From the sequence record MK422455.1: a stretch of 36,124 nt of DNA. The stretch is one strand, 5' to 3'. Source of the DNA: Klebsiella phage ST340-VIM1phi10.1. Positions 9,199 to 20,628 of the stretch are shown here, one piece after another. Every line of letters starts with the position of its first letter. The stretch's first letter is position 1. Below the pieces are notes generated by a model. It did not search any database. It had not been told where the DNA came from and worked only from the letters and a program-made list of their open reading frames with translations. Made by a program: the position numbers and the translations under genes.

Positions 9199-10344
9199 TT
9201 AACGGACCACGTTGATCTGCACGTCGCCATAATGAATAGCGCCAGCCAGCTTGATCGCCGCCTGAATTACCGGCGACTTACGCGCTTCCCTGTCGGATTG
9301 AGCCTGGTTAGCTACCGCGTCGGCGTAGACGTAGTAACCCTTGGTCAGGGTATCCCCGGATTCAATCTGGCCAATCGGGCCACCGTTCCAGACACCCGGA
9401 GCAATGAGGCCGTTATTTACCGCCTGATCCAGTGAGGCTTCGACGTTGGTCATTAACCGGGTTACGCCTGCGTCGGTCTGCGGGATTTTGGTGGCCGAGG
9501 TGTAAAGCAGGTTATAGAGATTGGTCTGAACGTAGTTCTGCAGCCAGTCCAGGCCATGCCGCTCATCAAAGAAATCACCGTTCGCCATCACACCCTGCTG
9601 GATAATCGCTGTATCGTTGGCGTAGTAGACGTAGACGTTACCGTTAATAGCATCAATAGCGGACGCCTGTGCGGTCGTCAGCGTTTCGTGCGTCACGCCC
9701 GGCTCGGTTTTGAACTTCAGGGTGATCGTGGTGTTGTTGCCGGTGAAATTCACCGTAAACGCACGGCCAAATGCCGAGATAGCGGCGTATTTGCTGCTGG
9801 AGCTGTACTGCCAGAACGTACGGCTGTAGCCGGCGGCTTTCAGCTTATAGCCGATGTTGTCGGTATTCCCCGAGACCAGCACATTCACATCAGCAGTGGT
9901 AACGGCCAGAATGCGGCTTAAGCTGGATGCCTCAATAGCAGCAGCAACGGAAATCACGTCAGCCTCAACCAGATCGGCGCTGTCGGCAATTGCCAGCCCG
10001 TACCAGTTGGTATACTGAAGGCAGGCATTAACGGCCTGTAGCAAGGTTTCCACCGCCCCGGCCTCTCCTTCCGCCAGCGTCTTCGCCCAACGGCCGATAT
10101 AGACCAGCGTGGGTTTTGGTGATTGTGAAAAGAAGATGGTCGCTGCTTCGTATTCCGGGGAGTCAGCGCCAAAATCATCGCCGATATCTTCAATGGCCGA
10201 ATACTGGCGAATGCGCTCGGTAACCGGAATAACGGTAGAGGTTCCCAGAATGAGGAGCGCACCGAAGTTTCGCCCCGTTGCCGCTACCGGTGACATGATG
10301 ACGTCAACGTTAACGACATTGGAAACAGGTAAGCCCTGTGCCAT
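9199..10344 (-). CDS. Tail sheath-like protein (DUF3383-like)
   Basis: 381 aa preceding the tube gene; remembered family resemblance. Confidence 0.5.
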   Translation of the reverse strand: MAQGLPVSNVVNVDVIMSPVAATGRNFGALLILGTSTVIPVTERIRQYSAIEDIGDDFGADSPEYEAATIFFSQSPKPTLVYIGRWAKTLAEGEAGAVETLLQAVNACLQYTNWYGLAIADSADLVEADVISVAAAIEASSLSRILAVTTADVNVLVSGNTDNIGYKLKAAGYSRTFWQYSSSSKYAAISAFGRAFTVNFTGNNTTITLKFKTEPGVTHETLTTAQASAIDAINGNVYVYYANDTAIIQQGVMANGDFFDERHGLDWLQNYVQTNLYNLLYTSATKIPQTDAGVTRLMTNVEASLDQAVNNGLIAPGVWNGGPIGQIESGDTLTKGYYVYADAVANQAQSDREARKSPVIQAAIKLAGAIHYGDVQINVVR

Positions 10345-10347
10345 GTT

Positions 10348-10971
10348 TTAATCTCCAAAAAATTGCACTGGCGCGTCGACCAGCGATTGAATGCCGTACT
10401 GGCGGATGATTTTGCGGCGCAGGTCAACGCTGATATCGTACCGGCGCACCCACTGGTTATTGATGAGTTCGGGCAGATTGAGGATCCGCCCATGCTGCAG
10501 AAATGTCAGGCCAGAGCGGTTGAGCTCGTCATTGTTCTGCGAGACCAGCAGACCGTCACGAAAGCGCGTGGCCATTGCCAGCCCCTGCGGGCCATAGAAG
10601 CACAAGATCAGGCTCACGGTCTCATGCGACCACTGTTCGGTGTTCTCTTCGCCCTGCACGTACGCCGGGTTGAAGTCCTCCTGAATGCCGGTGATACCGA
10701 ACGCGCACCAGGTGGTGCCGTTTTTGGGTATCTGCTTTTGCGGGTCAGTCCAGCGTGGGTAAACCAGCGTGGCAGCCAGCCCTGTCACACCCCGTATCCA
10801 GCGGCTGATTAGCCGTTCCAGATCCTCATCGTAGGGCGGTGAATCACCGACGGGGGTCAGATATCCCGCCGTTGTGCTGTCGTTACTCAATTGGCGTTCC
10901 CCCGTCGAATTCCAGAAGCTCGCAATGCGCCTGAACGAACCCGGCACCGTACGCCGTATACGGGTCGACAA
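10348..10971 (-). CDS. Tail completion / head-tail joining protein
   Basis: 207 aa ORF in the connector block; positional call. Confidence 0.4.
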   Translation of the reverse strand: MSTRIRRTVPGSFRRIASFWNSTGERQLSNDSTTAGYLTPVGDSPPYDEDLERLISRWIRGVTGLAATLVYPRWTDPQKQIPKNGTTWCAFGITGIQEDFNPAYVQGEENTEQWSHETVSLILCFYGPQGLAMATRFRDGLLVSQNNDELNRSGLTFLQHGRILNLPELINNQWVRRYDISVDLRRKIIRQYGIQSLVDAPVQFFGD

Positions 10972-11268
10972 ACGTCACACGATAATCTCGCCCGCGGTAG
11001 GTTACGATATCGGCATCTAATCCGGGTTGCCCCTGAGTCAGCCTGAACTGCGTCACGATGAGAATGGCCCCGTTGATGTTCTGTCCGGCGGCCATACGCT
11101 TCGCTTCCAGTGAACGGTCGACGGTTACGACACCAGAGAACGGAATAGCCTGCACGGTATTGGTTGGAAAATTATCTTCGTCCACTGTCTGCACCTGTCG
11201 ATAACACACCAGAGACAGGTCGACAAAGTCCGGATCAAGCAGAACATCCGTCACATCGAGAAACGGCA

Positions 11269-11269
<1 letters not shown>
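10883..11269 (-). CDS. Head-tail joining protein
   Basis: 128 aa, coupled ORF; positional call. Confidence 0.4.
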
Positions 11270-12450
<1,181 letters not shown>

Positions 12451-12480
12451 TCATGAGCGGCCCTTTCGGGCCGCCGCAGG

Positions 12481-13422
12481 TTAGATGCCGTCGACGTAGG
12501 CCAGAGTTTCCGGATAAACCGGCTCTACTGCACCCAGCTTGCCGTAATAGGTTACGAGCTGATACAGGCCGCGATACTGGATCGGCACGCTCATCAGCGG
12601 AACCATCGGGAAGCGAACGTATTTCTTGTCGTTGGTGTAGAACATCATGCGATCAGAGTTCGACACGCCACGACCTTTCGCCCATTTCACCGGACGGATG
12701 TTCAGAGGACGCCCGTTCTGGTGGTATGCGATGGTGTTGGTTTCCAGATAGGTCAGCAGGGACTGGTTACCAGCGCTGGATACGATGGTGCTTGCCAGCA
12801 GAGAGAACTGCTCCGGCGGGATCAGCATGTCCGTCGGTACCATGGAGTAAGCTGAGTTGGCCCACGCAGCACTCAACCCGGCATTAATGCTCGCCCGGAT
12901 TTCGTCAGCGGTGGAGGTCGCCCAGGTCTTCGCGGCGTTGGTCGGCGTTACCTGCGTCAGGTTCAGCAGGCCTTTAACGTTCAGACCGGAATCGCCGATA
13001 TAAACCTGCTCGTCCGTGTCCATGTTCCACTTCAGCTGCATGCCGTCGTACTTCTGCGTGTCGATCGGGCGACCAACCTGCGCAGCTGCCTGCAATTCAG
13101 GAACGGTCCAGCCAAGCTCCATACCCCACAGTGTGAGCGGGAAGCCAGTTTTTGCGATGTCGACGTTAAGTCCAGCCATCGCGGTCGCGGCTTTGCTAAG
13201 CCAGTTTTTACCGTTAGCATTCGGCGTACCGGCAGCAGCAAAAGTGGTGTTAGTGAACGAGCTGATCTCATCAGCAATAGACACGTCTTCACGCAACTGG
13301 ATATCGCGCGACCAGGTGAAATTCACCAGCGGCAGATTCAGTGTCTGATCGAGACGCTCCAGCTCATGGACAAGAAAGGCACCAGTGCCGTCGACTGTCG
13401 CCTGGTCAAATGTCATTGGCAT
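12481..13422 (-). CDS. Major capsid protein (DUF2184-like family)
   Basis: 313 aa, the largest head ORF downstream of the scaffold and decoration genes; remembered family resemblance. Confidence 0.6.
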   Translation of the reverse strand: MPMTFDQATVDGTGAFLVHELERLDQTLNLPLVNFTWSRDIQLREDVSIADEISSFTNTTFAAAGTPNANGKNWLSKAATAMAGLNVDIAKTGFPLTLWGMELGWTVPELQAAAQVGRPIDTQKYDGMQLKWNMDTDEQVYIGDSGLNVKGLLNLTQVTPTNAAKTWATSTADEIRASINAGLSAAWANSAYSMVPTDMLIPPEQFSLLASTIVSSAGNQSLLTYLETNTIAYHQNGRPLNIRPVKWAKGRGVSNSDRMMFYTNDKKYVRFPMVPLMSVPIQYRGLYQLVTYYGKLGAVEPVYPETLAYVDGI

Positions 13423-13433
13423 TTGCGATTTCC

Positions 13434-13928
13434 TTAAATATTGAAGGCCAGCTCAATGTTGCCGCTGGTGTCGCCAGGGCCATTGAAGTAAGCGTTAGTG
13501 ATCTGGACGGTATTCGAGCCATCAGCGGCGGCAAGGAACGCGCCGAGAGGGCTTGAGGCGGATGGTGTGGCCACTCGCATGTAGACCGGGCCATGCAGAG
13601 CAACGCTGGATGCATCCGCGCCGATGTTTACCGTGACGTAACCACGTACCAGGCAATCGCCGGTGAAGTTTTTACCGCTGCCTACCTGCTGGACTTTATC
13701 CGGCTGGCTGGCGGTCGGATACGGACGAACATAAATGCCCACCAGCACCGACGCTGTATCGCTCGCAGCGATTGGCACAAATTTCCCGGAGGAAATCTTG
13801 CCGCCAAGGCCGTAAGCGGGGAAAAGGTTGGAGGAGTCCAGCAGTTGAGGTTCAACCGTCAGATCCTGCGGACGAGAAATTGCCCCGGCGATGCCCGCTG
13901 GCATCCGGTAAAGAAATGTATTACCCAT
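13434..13928 (-). CDS. Head decoration/structural protein
   Basis: 164 aa between the scaffold candidate and the major capsid protein; positional call. Confidence 0.4.
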   Translation of the reverse strand: MGNTFLYRMPAGIAGAISRPQDLTVEPQLLDSSNLFPAYGLGGKISSGKFVPIAASDTASVLVGIYVRPYPTASQPDKVQQVGSGKNFTGDCLVRGYVTVNIGADASSVALHGPVYMRVATPSASSPLGAFLAAADGSNTVQITNAYFNGPGDTSGNIELAFNI

Positions 13929-13931
13929 TAG

Positions 13932-15134
13932 TTAGCCTCGTTTAGACCAGAATTCCTGCGCGGCCTGATTCATACCGGCAATGGTTTTAACAGTGGTGGC
14001 AGTCTGCGTTTGCAGGCTGTCGACGGTTTTGGTATTGCGGTTTTTCGCCAGCTCAGAAACAGCCGTGAAAGCCATATCTACCGTGGCTTTTTTCAGCTTG
14101 CTGATATCGGCATCACCGACAATAGAGCGAACCAGAGATTGATCGGCAGAGGCAAGCACCTGGCGCTTGAATGCTGTCGGCTTCGCCTTTTCTGGCAACT
14201 GGATGCCTGGCTGAATCAGATCGGCACGATAAGCGGCATCGCCGGTAACCTTACCCTCCTCTTCCTTTTTCTCCTCTTCATCCTCGGCATCGCCGGTACC
14301 AGGAGCAGCTGCCGCAGGCGTGAGTTTGGCCACCGCCTCAATCAGCGCCTTACCCCATGCAGGAATTTCTTCCTCACCATCGCCAGTACCAGGCAATGCC
14401 GGGCCGGGAAGCGGATTTTGCGGTGCAAGGTTGATGACCACTCCGCCGGGTGTCATAGAGGTCGATACATCGTTATCGCCCGTGACATCATCAGGCGGGT
14501 TATCAATGAGACTTGCCATTTCGGCAGCGTCCCCGGTTTTACGGGCCTTCAGGAGCCGGGTAAACCAGTTTTTAGTAGTGCTTGGCATAGAATCCCCTAT
14601 TGCACAACGGAAACCGGCCCGCCCGTTAGGGACAAGGGCCAGATGGTTAGCGGTAATCGCAGATTGCTTTGCGAGACCAGGTGAAATCTGTTCGTAATCG
14701 GCGTCGTACCCGCAGCTGACCTCGTCATCACCATCATCAATGGCCTGCAGGGCTTCCGGGGTTTTGACGATGACATCAGCCAGCAGCAGATCGATTTTAT
14801 CGTCCGTGCCACGTCGTACGTTCTGGATGTGCCCGTGAGCCAGCTGGCGCCAGTTATCAGGGGTAACAAAGATGATCTGCCCGTCAAAATCTCGCGGATG
14901 GCCGATAGTGACTGCCATTCCTTCGAATGACGCCATGGCTCGCTCGCTGAACACCTCTTCTGGCATCCGGCGTACGATGACCTTCCCTCTGTCGTTTGGG
15001 ACAAGCTCAGGCCGCTCTGTGGCGTCGTACTCCTGCTCACCAGTCCTTGCGATCGGGACGTCCTTAAACAGGACAGACCCATCAGCAAGTTGAAAGCGGG
15101 TATTACCCAGGCGGGTTTTAAAGAAATATTTCAT
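13932..15134 (-). CDS. Scaffold/prohead-protease candidate with acidic-lysine low-complexity repeat (DUF2213-like position)
   Basis: 400 aa. Internal repeat PGTGDGEEE ... [17 protein letters not shown] (direct DNA repeat near 14290-14400). Located between MuF and capsid genes. Confidence 0.45.
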   Translation of the reverse strand: MKYFFKTRLGNTRFQLADGSVLFKDVPIARTGEQEYDATERPELVPNDRGKVIVRRMPEEVFSERAMASFEGMAVTIGHPRDFDGQIIFVTPDNWRQLAHGHIQNVRRGTDDKIDLLLADVIVKTPEALQAIDDGDDEVSCGYDADYEQISPGLAKQSAITANHLALVPNGRAGFRCAIGDSMPSTTKNWFTRLLKARKTGDAAEMASLIDNPPDDVTGDNDVSTSMTPGGVVINLAPQNPLPGPALPGTGDGEEEIPAWGKALIEAVAKLTPAAAAPGTGDAEDEEEKKEEEGKVTGDAAYRADLIQPGIQLPEKAKPTAFKRQVLASADQSLVRSIVGDADISKLKKATVDMAFTAVSELAKNRNTKTVDSLQTQTATTVKTIAGMNQAAQEFWSKRG

Positions 15135-15185
15135 GGGTTACCTGCTGAATTGCGGGCATTGAAAAGGCCGCTCATTGGCGGCCTG

Positions 15186-15953
15186 TTATTTTACAGGGTC
15201 AGGTATTTGCACTTCCGACCAACACTTGCAGTTAGGCAGGCACCCGGCGTGTCCAGTCATGCCATCGAGCGTTGGCGGGCTATCCCAGCGCACAAACTTA
15301 TCTTTCATTTTTCGGTGTGAGGGCCTGGTGCCTGCACCTTCAATGCGCCACCAGTATCCCTCTGATCCAACTGCCAGAGCCCGTGCCTGGGTCAGTGCGC
15401 CAGTTGCGCGCCCTATCTCTGTGCGGGCTATCATCCGCGCCCTGCTGGCCGCCACGTCACCGGATTGCATGATCATCTCGTAAAGCTGATCGGGGCGCTC
15501 ACCATGGATGACAGCCTGTATCGCACGCTCCTGAATTTCCCTGACACGTCCGGCCGCCTCTAATGGCAGAGACTTCATGTAGCGAATCTGTCGGTAAACG
15601 ATGTCTTGCGCCACCATGCCGACAGGAGTGTTACCAATCACGTCACGCAGACCAGCGGATATTTCTTCCGAAACAGAGCGCCACTGATTCCACTCTTCAC
15701 GCTCCACCTGGGCAAACATCTTTCGACCGACCATTTCGGCCCAGTCGTCGATCACCCCGGAGTAGTCAACAAGCGATTTAGCAATGCTCTCAGCGCTTGC
15801 CTGTGAACCATCGTAGGAACCCGTGACGATTTGATTTATCTGGTCGACTATCGCCAGTAGGCTTTTCTGATACTGGACCTCCGATCGGCGGCGGAGGGCT
15901 GGTTTCAGATTCAGTCTCCTGCCACTGTTTCGCCGCATTCTGGATATCCTCAT
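15186..15953 (-). CDS. Phage head morphogenesis protein, MuF / SPP1 gp7 family
   Basis: C-terminal GHAGCLPNCKCW matches the conserved HPNC[RK]C motif of Phage_Mu_F. Only ATG starts available are 15953 or 15938, giving a ~150-165 nt overlap with the portal 3' end. Confidence 0.75.
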   Translation of the reverse strand: MRISRMRRNSGRRLNLKPALRRRSEVQYQKSLLAIVDQINQIVTGSYDGSQASAESIAKSLVDYSGVIDDWAEMVGRKMFAQVEREEWNQWRSVSEEISAGLRDVIGNTPVGMVAQDIVYRQIRYMKSLPLEAAGRVREIQERAIQAVIHGERPDQLYEMIMQSGDVAASRARMIARTEIGRATGALTQARALAVGSEGYWWRIEGAGTRPSHRKMKDKFVRWDSPPTLDGMTGHAGCLPNCKCWSEVQIPDPVK

Positions 15954-17241
15954 CGCTAATTGAAGCACCGATGCCGGTAACGTCAGACAGCTCGCGCAAA
16001 TCAGTCAGAGCAGCAGCCGGCGACATGCCCAAATCACGCACCGCGGTTGCAAGAGCGGTAGTTGTGTTGGTTGCCACCGTGGAGCGATCGGTGTCGCTCA
16101 TCTGCCACAGGGGGTTAAACTCAAAGGTGAAATCTTGCGGCAACGGCTCGCCAAACTCTGAGCGATGCAGTACATCGAATAACAGGCGGATGTGAGGCCG
16201 TAAATCTCGCTCCTGAAGCGCTCCCACGTCGTCGTAGTAGTTCGCGAGGTCAGCGTCACCGGTTGAAAAACCCTTCGGTGACTGGCGGAACAGACGGACA
16301 AGAGGAATGCCAACAGCACCCGCGATATCCTCTTTAAACTCGCTAAGCAGGTCAGACAGCCCTGCGAAAGAATAGGAATGTGTTTCAAATTCGTCCTCCG
16401 AATCAAACAGGGACATACCCTCGTTCGTCTGGTACTGGCGGACCATCTCCATATTCTTGATAAGCGCCTCAAACGCTTTACCGCCTGTGGCGATAATTTC
16501 ACGCAGCTTTTTAATCTTTGCCGTTCGCAGATGTGCCTTGTAGGCAAGCTGGGCGGCGCCGACGCTGGTGCTATCGTAGGAAGTCAGGCGATCGAAGATG
16601 CGCTCGACAATGGACATCCCCCATTCGTTTTCGGTGATTTTCTGCTGATACGGCAGTTTCACACCATCCATGCGGATCAGGCGGCTGTGGTGAACAGTCC
16701 ACGCAGGCAGCCCCTGCGCCGTTGTCACGATGTCATAGAATTCAGGCTTGCCGAGGTTAGGACCAAGTGCCTTAATGCGCCTGGTGAGCTGTGGGTTAAT
16801 CATCCAGCGGTCAAGTACAGCCAGACCTTTAAAGCTGCCCTTGCCAACCTTATCCAGCACCAGCGGCGTCAGCGGTGCCTGACCTTCAATCAGAATCAGT
16901 GCCACCGCCCCGCCATACAGCCGGGACCATTTCAGCGTCTCGTTGATGCAATCCCAAAGCTGAAGCTCATCGAACCGTGATTCCAGAATGCCACGACGTT
17001 TCGGGTCAATCTCACTGGTGATCCGCACGCCCTTTTTGGTCATATCGTCCGCTTTCGAATCGACTGCGGCGCCAATAATCCAGGAGGAACGATAAGCCCA
17101 CTCGATGAGCAGGCGGTTGCGGCTGGTATAGTTCGCCCTGTAGGTCGATGCGGCATGCTGATTAGGCTGCTGCATACCGACACGGGCAACAAAGTTATCG
17201 TACGAATCCGCCGTGGCGACTCGTCCTGTTTTCTTCGCCAT
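15790..17241 (-). CDS. Portal protein (Mu gp29 / DUF935-like)
   Basis: 483 aa, first head gene after the terminase, followed by MuF; GGAGA ribosome-binding site before ATG 17241. Confidence 0.6.
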   Translation of the reverse strand: MAKKTGRVATADSYDNFVARVGMQQPNQHAASTYRANYTSRNRLLIEWAYRSSWIIGAAVDSKADDMTKKGVRITSEIDPKRRGILESRFDELQLWDCINETLKWSRLYGGAVALILIEGQAPLTPLVLDKVGKGSFKGLAVLDRWMINPQLTRRIKALGPNLGKPEFYDIVTTAQGLPAWTVHHSRLIRMDGVKLPYQQKITENEWGMSIVERIFDRLTSYDSTSVGAAQLAYKAHLRTAKIKKLREIIATGGKAFEALIKNMEMVRQYQTNEGMSLFDSEDEFETHSYSFAGLSDLLSEFKEDIAGAVGIPLVRLFRQSPKGFSTGDADLANYYDDVGALQERDLRPHIRLLFDVLHRSEFGEPLPQDFTFEFNPLWQMSDTDRSTVATNTTTALATAVRDLGMSPAAALTDLRELSDVTGIGASISDEDIQNAAKQWQETESETSPPPPIGGPVSEKPTGDSRPDKSNRHGFLRWFTGKR

Positions 17242-17478
17242 GGTGACTATTCTCCGGCTTTTTTGGTACTCGTGGCGGATAGGATAATTTGTTAAAAAAC
17301 GACCCGATTTAACATAATGACTGTTACCCGCACCAGCCGGATCCCTCCCATGATGAAATGTCCGCCAAAGGCTTATTTATCGGGGTTAAGTGGCTAAAAG
17401 CGCGTGAATAAAACATGCATAAACAGGGTCGAAAAATGAATAGCGTGAATTTTGCGTGAAACGGTTATTTCCAGGTAT

Positions 17479-18879
17479 TTAGCTGTTTCCCAGCGCTTCC
17501 CAGATATCCATTGCCGTATCGGTTGGAGCAAACGCCATGATGAACGCGTCGGCCACGTTCGGCGATGGTACGTCACGCTTGGCGAGGTCTTTCTTGCTTT
17601 CCACCATCACGCGACCGTTTTTGTCAAAATCACGGTGCGGGGTGGTAAGTTCCAGCTTGAGCTTTTCCAGCAGCGGGCAGGATGAGTCAATGCTAATCAG
17701 CTCATCTACCGGGTACTGCTCGCCGTTCTTTACCGCGTTGAAGGTGTTACGGAAGCGATCCGCTACCAGCCACCAGGCTTGCGCTTTGAGGTTGGCGAAA
17801 AAATCCTTGTTCGGGATCCCACTATATTCGTAGTCCGGCTCATTCACACCAGCGCCTGCATTGAATCGCTGATAATTGATGCGGGATGCATTCATGTTTT
17901 CGCGCTTACGATCCTCATTAATTTCTGAGAATTTCGCGCCAGCAGATGCCCCAACGCCGATTGAGTCGTAGACGATATCAGCATCGCGCTCCAGTGCTGC
18001 CTGATACGTACGCTGGCAGCTCTTCAGCAATTCGTCTTCTTTCGCCTTCCACTCATCCGCCCAATACACGACGGAGCCGTGACGATAGACGTTAGCGCAC
18101 TTATCGGCGCCGCTATCGGCGACGTCGAAGCCAATACGCTTACGCCCGCTTGGCTCGAAATTCAGGATTTTGTGGGCATCAACAGCCGCCTCAATCCATG
18201 ACAGCTTGATAATGGCCGCATCATCATCCGACTCTGGCACGCCTTCGTAGACGTGCTTAAACCCATCCGGATCCCGGCGCTTAGCGGCTTCGATAACCTT
18301 CAGCATCGTGTCGGACAAAAAGGGGTTTTCATCGTAGTTGATTTTGCGTATCAGCGTACCTTCTGGCGGATCGACCACAAAGTTACGCCAAACGAAATCA
18401 GTCACCAGTCCGGGGTTAAAGATAAACCAGCACTCTGAGCCCTCTTTACGGATGGTAGGCTCCAGTATCTTCCACTGGTACTCCGTCAGCGCGTGGGCCT
18501 CTTCAAGCCACAGAACGCTGATACCTTCCAGAGACTTAATCTCTTCAATGTTGCGCCAGAGCCCATAAAACACGAATTCAGACCCGGTCACCCGGTTAAT
18601 GATTTTGTTGTTCAGAATGCGGAAACGATGCCGCAGGCCAAAGCGGTCAATCTGAATTTTGAGCAGGGTATACACCGACTCTTCAATTTTGTTCTGGATC
18701 TGACGCGCACAACAAAAGCGCAGGCTGTATTTATTTGACAGGAATATGGCGATGCCAGCAGCATCCCATGACTTTGACGATGACCGGCCACCATAAAGCA
18801 CTTTGTTACGCGCCTGCGTCGTCCAGAAGCTACGCAGGACCGGATTCAGCGTCGGTTTGGATGTCAGAGTAGAAGTCAT
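17479..18879 (-). CDS. Terminase large subunit
   Basis: ATPase and nuclease architecture (KVLYGGRSSSKSWDAAG Walker A-like; FDVADSGADKC nuclease Asp motif). Start set to ATG 18879 (MTSTLTSK, GGAGAG upstream); the tool's extended N-terminus overlaps the small subunit gene. Confidence 0.85.
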   Translation of the reverse strand: MTSTLTSKPTLNPVLRSFWTTQARNKVLYGGRSSSKSWDAAGIAIFLSNKYSLRFCCARQIQNKIEESVYTLLKIQIDRFGLRHRFRILNNKIINRVTGSEFVFYGLWRNIEEIKSLEGISVLWLEEAHALTEYQWKILEPTIRKEGSECWFIFNPGLVTDFVWRNFVVDPPEGTLIRKINYDENPFLSDTMLKVIEAAKRRDPDGFKHVYEGVPESDDDAAIIKLSWIEAAVDAHKILNFEPSGRKRIGFDVADSGADKCANVYRHGSVVYWADEWKAKEDELLKSCQRTYQAALERDADIVYDSIGVGASAGAKFSEINEDRKRENMNASRINYQRFNAGAGVNEPDYEYSGIPNKDFFANLKAQAWWLVADRFRNTFNAVKNGEQYPVDELISIDSSCPLLEKLKLELTTPHRDFDKNGRVMVESKKDLAKRDVPSPNVADAFIMAFAPTDTAMDIWEALGNS

Positions 18880-19582
18880 TGAGGTCACGCTCTCCGTTGC
18901 CATCATCAATACCAGCATCACGGCGAAGACGATCGGCCTCCAGCGACACCTTATCAGTAGCAGCCTTGCGATAGTCTGTATCAGCAAATATTTTGCCTAC
19001 CGTCGCAAGCGTGCCGACGATGGACTCAATACGAACGGTATTGCGCATCATCGCCTTCTCGGCGGCGCTGATATTTTCCATCAGCACCTTTCTTTCCTGG
19101 TCCCCTTCAGCATCATCCAGCTTGGTCAACCACCGGCCAATATTCTCTGCGGCGACAAGGTTGTTAGCCCGAAGGCGAAATAATTCGTCTTCGAGTGTCA
19201 ACGCTTTCGCGTCTTCAATGACCTCATCTTTAAGCAGAAGACGGCGGGCATAACCACCGTGTTTTAACGCCTGCTGGTTGCCGGGTTGAAATGGGTTAGT
19301 CGGCGGATCGGTACGCACCCCGCGTATCGGTTTCGTATCTGGTGGAGGTTCGGCTTTTGGTTGCGTACGGCCAGAGCTGGCAGGCTTTTCGCTGGTACGC
19401 GCCTTACTCTTTTGCGTACCATTTTTGCGTACCTGCGTACTGGCCTTGCGTACCCAATCAAACTTTTTAGCCCTCTTCCTGATAGCCCCTTCAGTAACGC
19501 CGTATTTATCGCCTATATCACGGAGACTAAGGACTCCGGCCCGGTATGCCGATTCGATGGCCTCCCAGTCCGGTGTTGCCAT
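18830..19582 (-). CDS. Terminase small subunit with N-terminal HTH
   Basis: 250 aa. N-terminus LSLRDIGDKYGVTEGAIRKRAKKF is HTH-like. Directly upstream of the large subunit. Confidence 0.6.
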   Translation of the reverse strand: MATPDWEAIESAYRAGVLSLRDIGDKYGVTEGAIRKRAKKFDWVRKASTQVRKNGTQKSKARTSEKPASSGRTQPKAEPPPDTKPIRGVRTDPPTNPFQPGNQQALKHGGYARRLLLKDEVIEDAKALTLEDELFRLRANNLVAAENIGRWLTKLDDAEGDQERKVLMENISAAEKAMMRNTVRIESIVGTLATVGKIFADTDYRKAATDKVSLEADRLRRDAGIDDGNGERDLNDFYSDIQTDAESGPA

Positions 19583-19642
19583 AATTTTGTCCTCGCCTTG
19601 ACATTATCGAGCCACCTCTGGAAGTGGCTCTGTAATGCCCAT

Positions 19643-19663
19643 AAAAAAACCCGCCGCAGCGGG
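19643..19663 (-). terminator. Rho-independent terminator downstream of the GrlR-like moron
   Basis: Minus-strand RNA forms CCCGC-ugcg-GCGGG followed by UUUUUUU (plus-strand 19643-19649 is AAAAAAA). Confidence 0.55.
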
Positions 19664-19683
19664 TTTGGGATAAAGAATACTCT

Positions 19684-20004
19684 CTAAACCAACTCACCAA
19701 TGAATTTTGCACTTACCCTAAGCCGAGCTTGAGGAATTCCTTTAACGGCCCCTGATAAAAGGTAACCCCCCTGCACTTCTACAATGCTCATTTCCATCGT
19801 GTAGTCATTTACACCTTGAATGACATTCACCGCCTGAGGATTATGCTGAGAAACATGCAAATCTAATGTATCGCCCTGAATATGGCCTTGGTAAGTGAAC
19901 CCGAAATCACCACCGTTGATGGCATTGTCTTTTACTACTACAGTGCCTTGTCCAACATCATGGTTATTGCTGCTGAAGGTTACGAAGTAAATACCGTTTT
20001 TCAT
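19684..20004 (-). CDS. GrlR-family protein (moron)
   Basis: MKNGIYFVTFSSN ... GGDFGFTYQG ... LDLHV ... VSAKFIGELV aligns by eye with EPEC GrlR (MKDGIYSIIF ... GGD ... YQG ... LHV ... VYAKFIEPLV). Low GC; AAGGTG ribosome-binding site 6 nt before ATG 20004; own terminator. Confidence 0.6.
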   Translation of the reverse strand: MKNGIYFVTFSSNNHDVGQGTVVVKDNAINGGDFGFTYQGHIQGDTLDLHVSQHNPQAVNVIQGVNDYTMEMSIVEVQGGYLLSGAVKGIPQARLRVSAKFIGELV

Positions 20005-20096
20005 GTCACACCTTATGTTGTAGCCAATCGGCAAAGGCATTATAGACACGCTACTTACGGGGAGAAAGATGGCATTTTAATAACTGCCGGATATGA

Positions 20097-20354
20097 CTAA
20101 TTTTTCCCTCTAAATATTTCAGACCGACGTATGTCGGCCTTATCCCGGTTGCACTGCCCCAGCGCTGATAGCAGACTGACGTTTAAATCAAGGCTCTGGC
20201 CCCACGTCATCTTGTCCGGTATATCAGGATAAGGCGTTTCAGCTGTCAGGCTGGAGGGTAGCGGCACTACCGGAACGGTGACGTAAACTGTCTTTGTATT
20301 GCTGCAACCGCTTAACTGCGCCAGCAGGAATACCAGCGGGAGCGCAATCATCAT
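20097..20354 (-). CDS. Rz1-like o-spanin lipoprotein (overlapped architecture)
   Basis: MMIALPLVFLLAQLSGC signal with lipobox, then a proline-rich mature peptide. It lies in the +1 frame across the 3' end of Rz and extends beyond it. Confidence 0.55.
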   Translation of the reverse strand: MMIALPLVFLLAQLSGCSNTKTVYVTVPVVPLPSSLTAETPYPDIPDKMTWGQSLDLNVSLLSALGQCNRDKADIRRSEIFRGKN

Positions 20355-20628
20355 TCGCAACAGCCACTTTGATATCCGCCGCGGCTCCCGATGCGTCCAG
20401 TGCGATCTGCTCTTTGGCATTTTTGTTGGCCTCCGCGATGGAATTGAATATGGTCATGGTGGTAAGAACGTTGGCTGTGATGGCCTGAGTGCTGTTTACC
20501 TGCTGCTCGGCGCCATCGGCTCGGGTTTTCTGCTCAGCAGCAGCGTTGTGGTAATGCATTACCAGCCACCCAAGGCAAACCATCAGGCAGATCACAACAG
20601 CGCTGATAATGGCTGCTAATCGGCTCAT
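20239..20628 (-). CDS. Rz-like i-spanin
   Basis: N-terminal transmembrane segment (LAAIISAVVICLMVCLGWLV) then coiled coil; ATGA start/stop overlap with the endolysin. Confidence 0.6.
   Translation of the reverse strand: MSRLAAIISAVVICLMVCLGWLVMHYHNAAAEQKTRADGAEQQVNSTQAITANVLTTMTIFNSIAEANKNAKEQIALDASGAAADIKVAVANDDCAPAGIPAGAVKRLQQYKDSLRHRSGSAATLQPDS

Noticed and set aside
18830-18987. Extended N-terminus of the terminase large subunit from the tool start at 18987
   Set aside because: The first 36 residues are a hydrophobic, non-terminase-like reading that overlaps the small subunit gene. An ATG with a GGAGAG ribosome-binding site at 18879 gives a typical TerL N-terminus.
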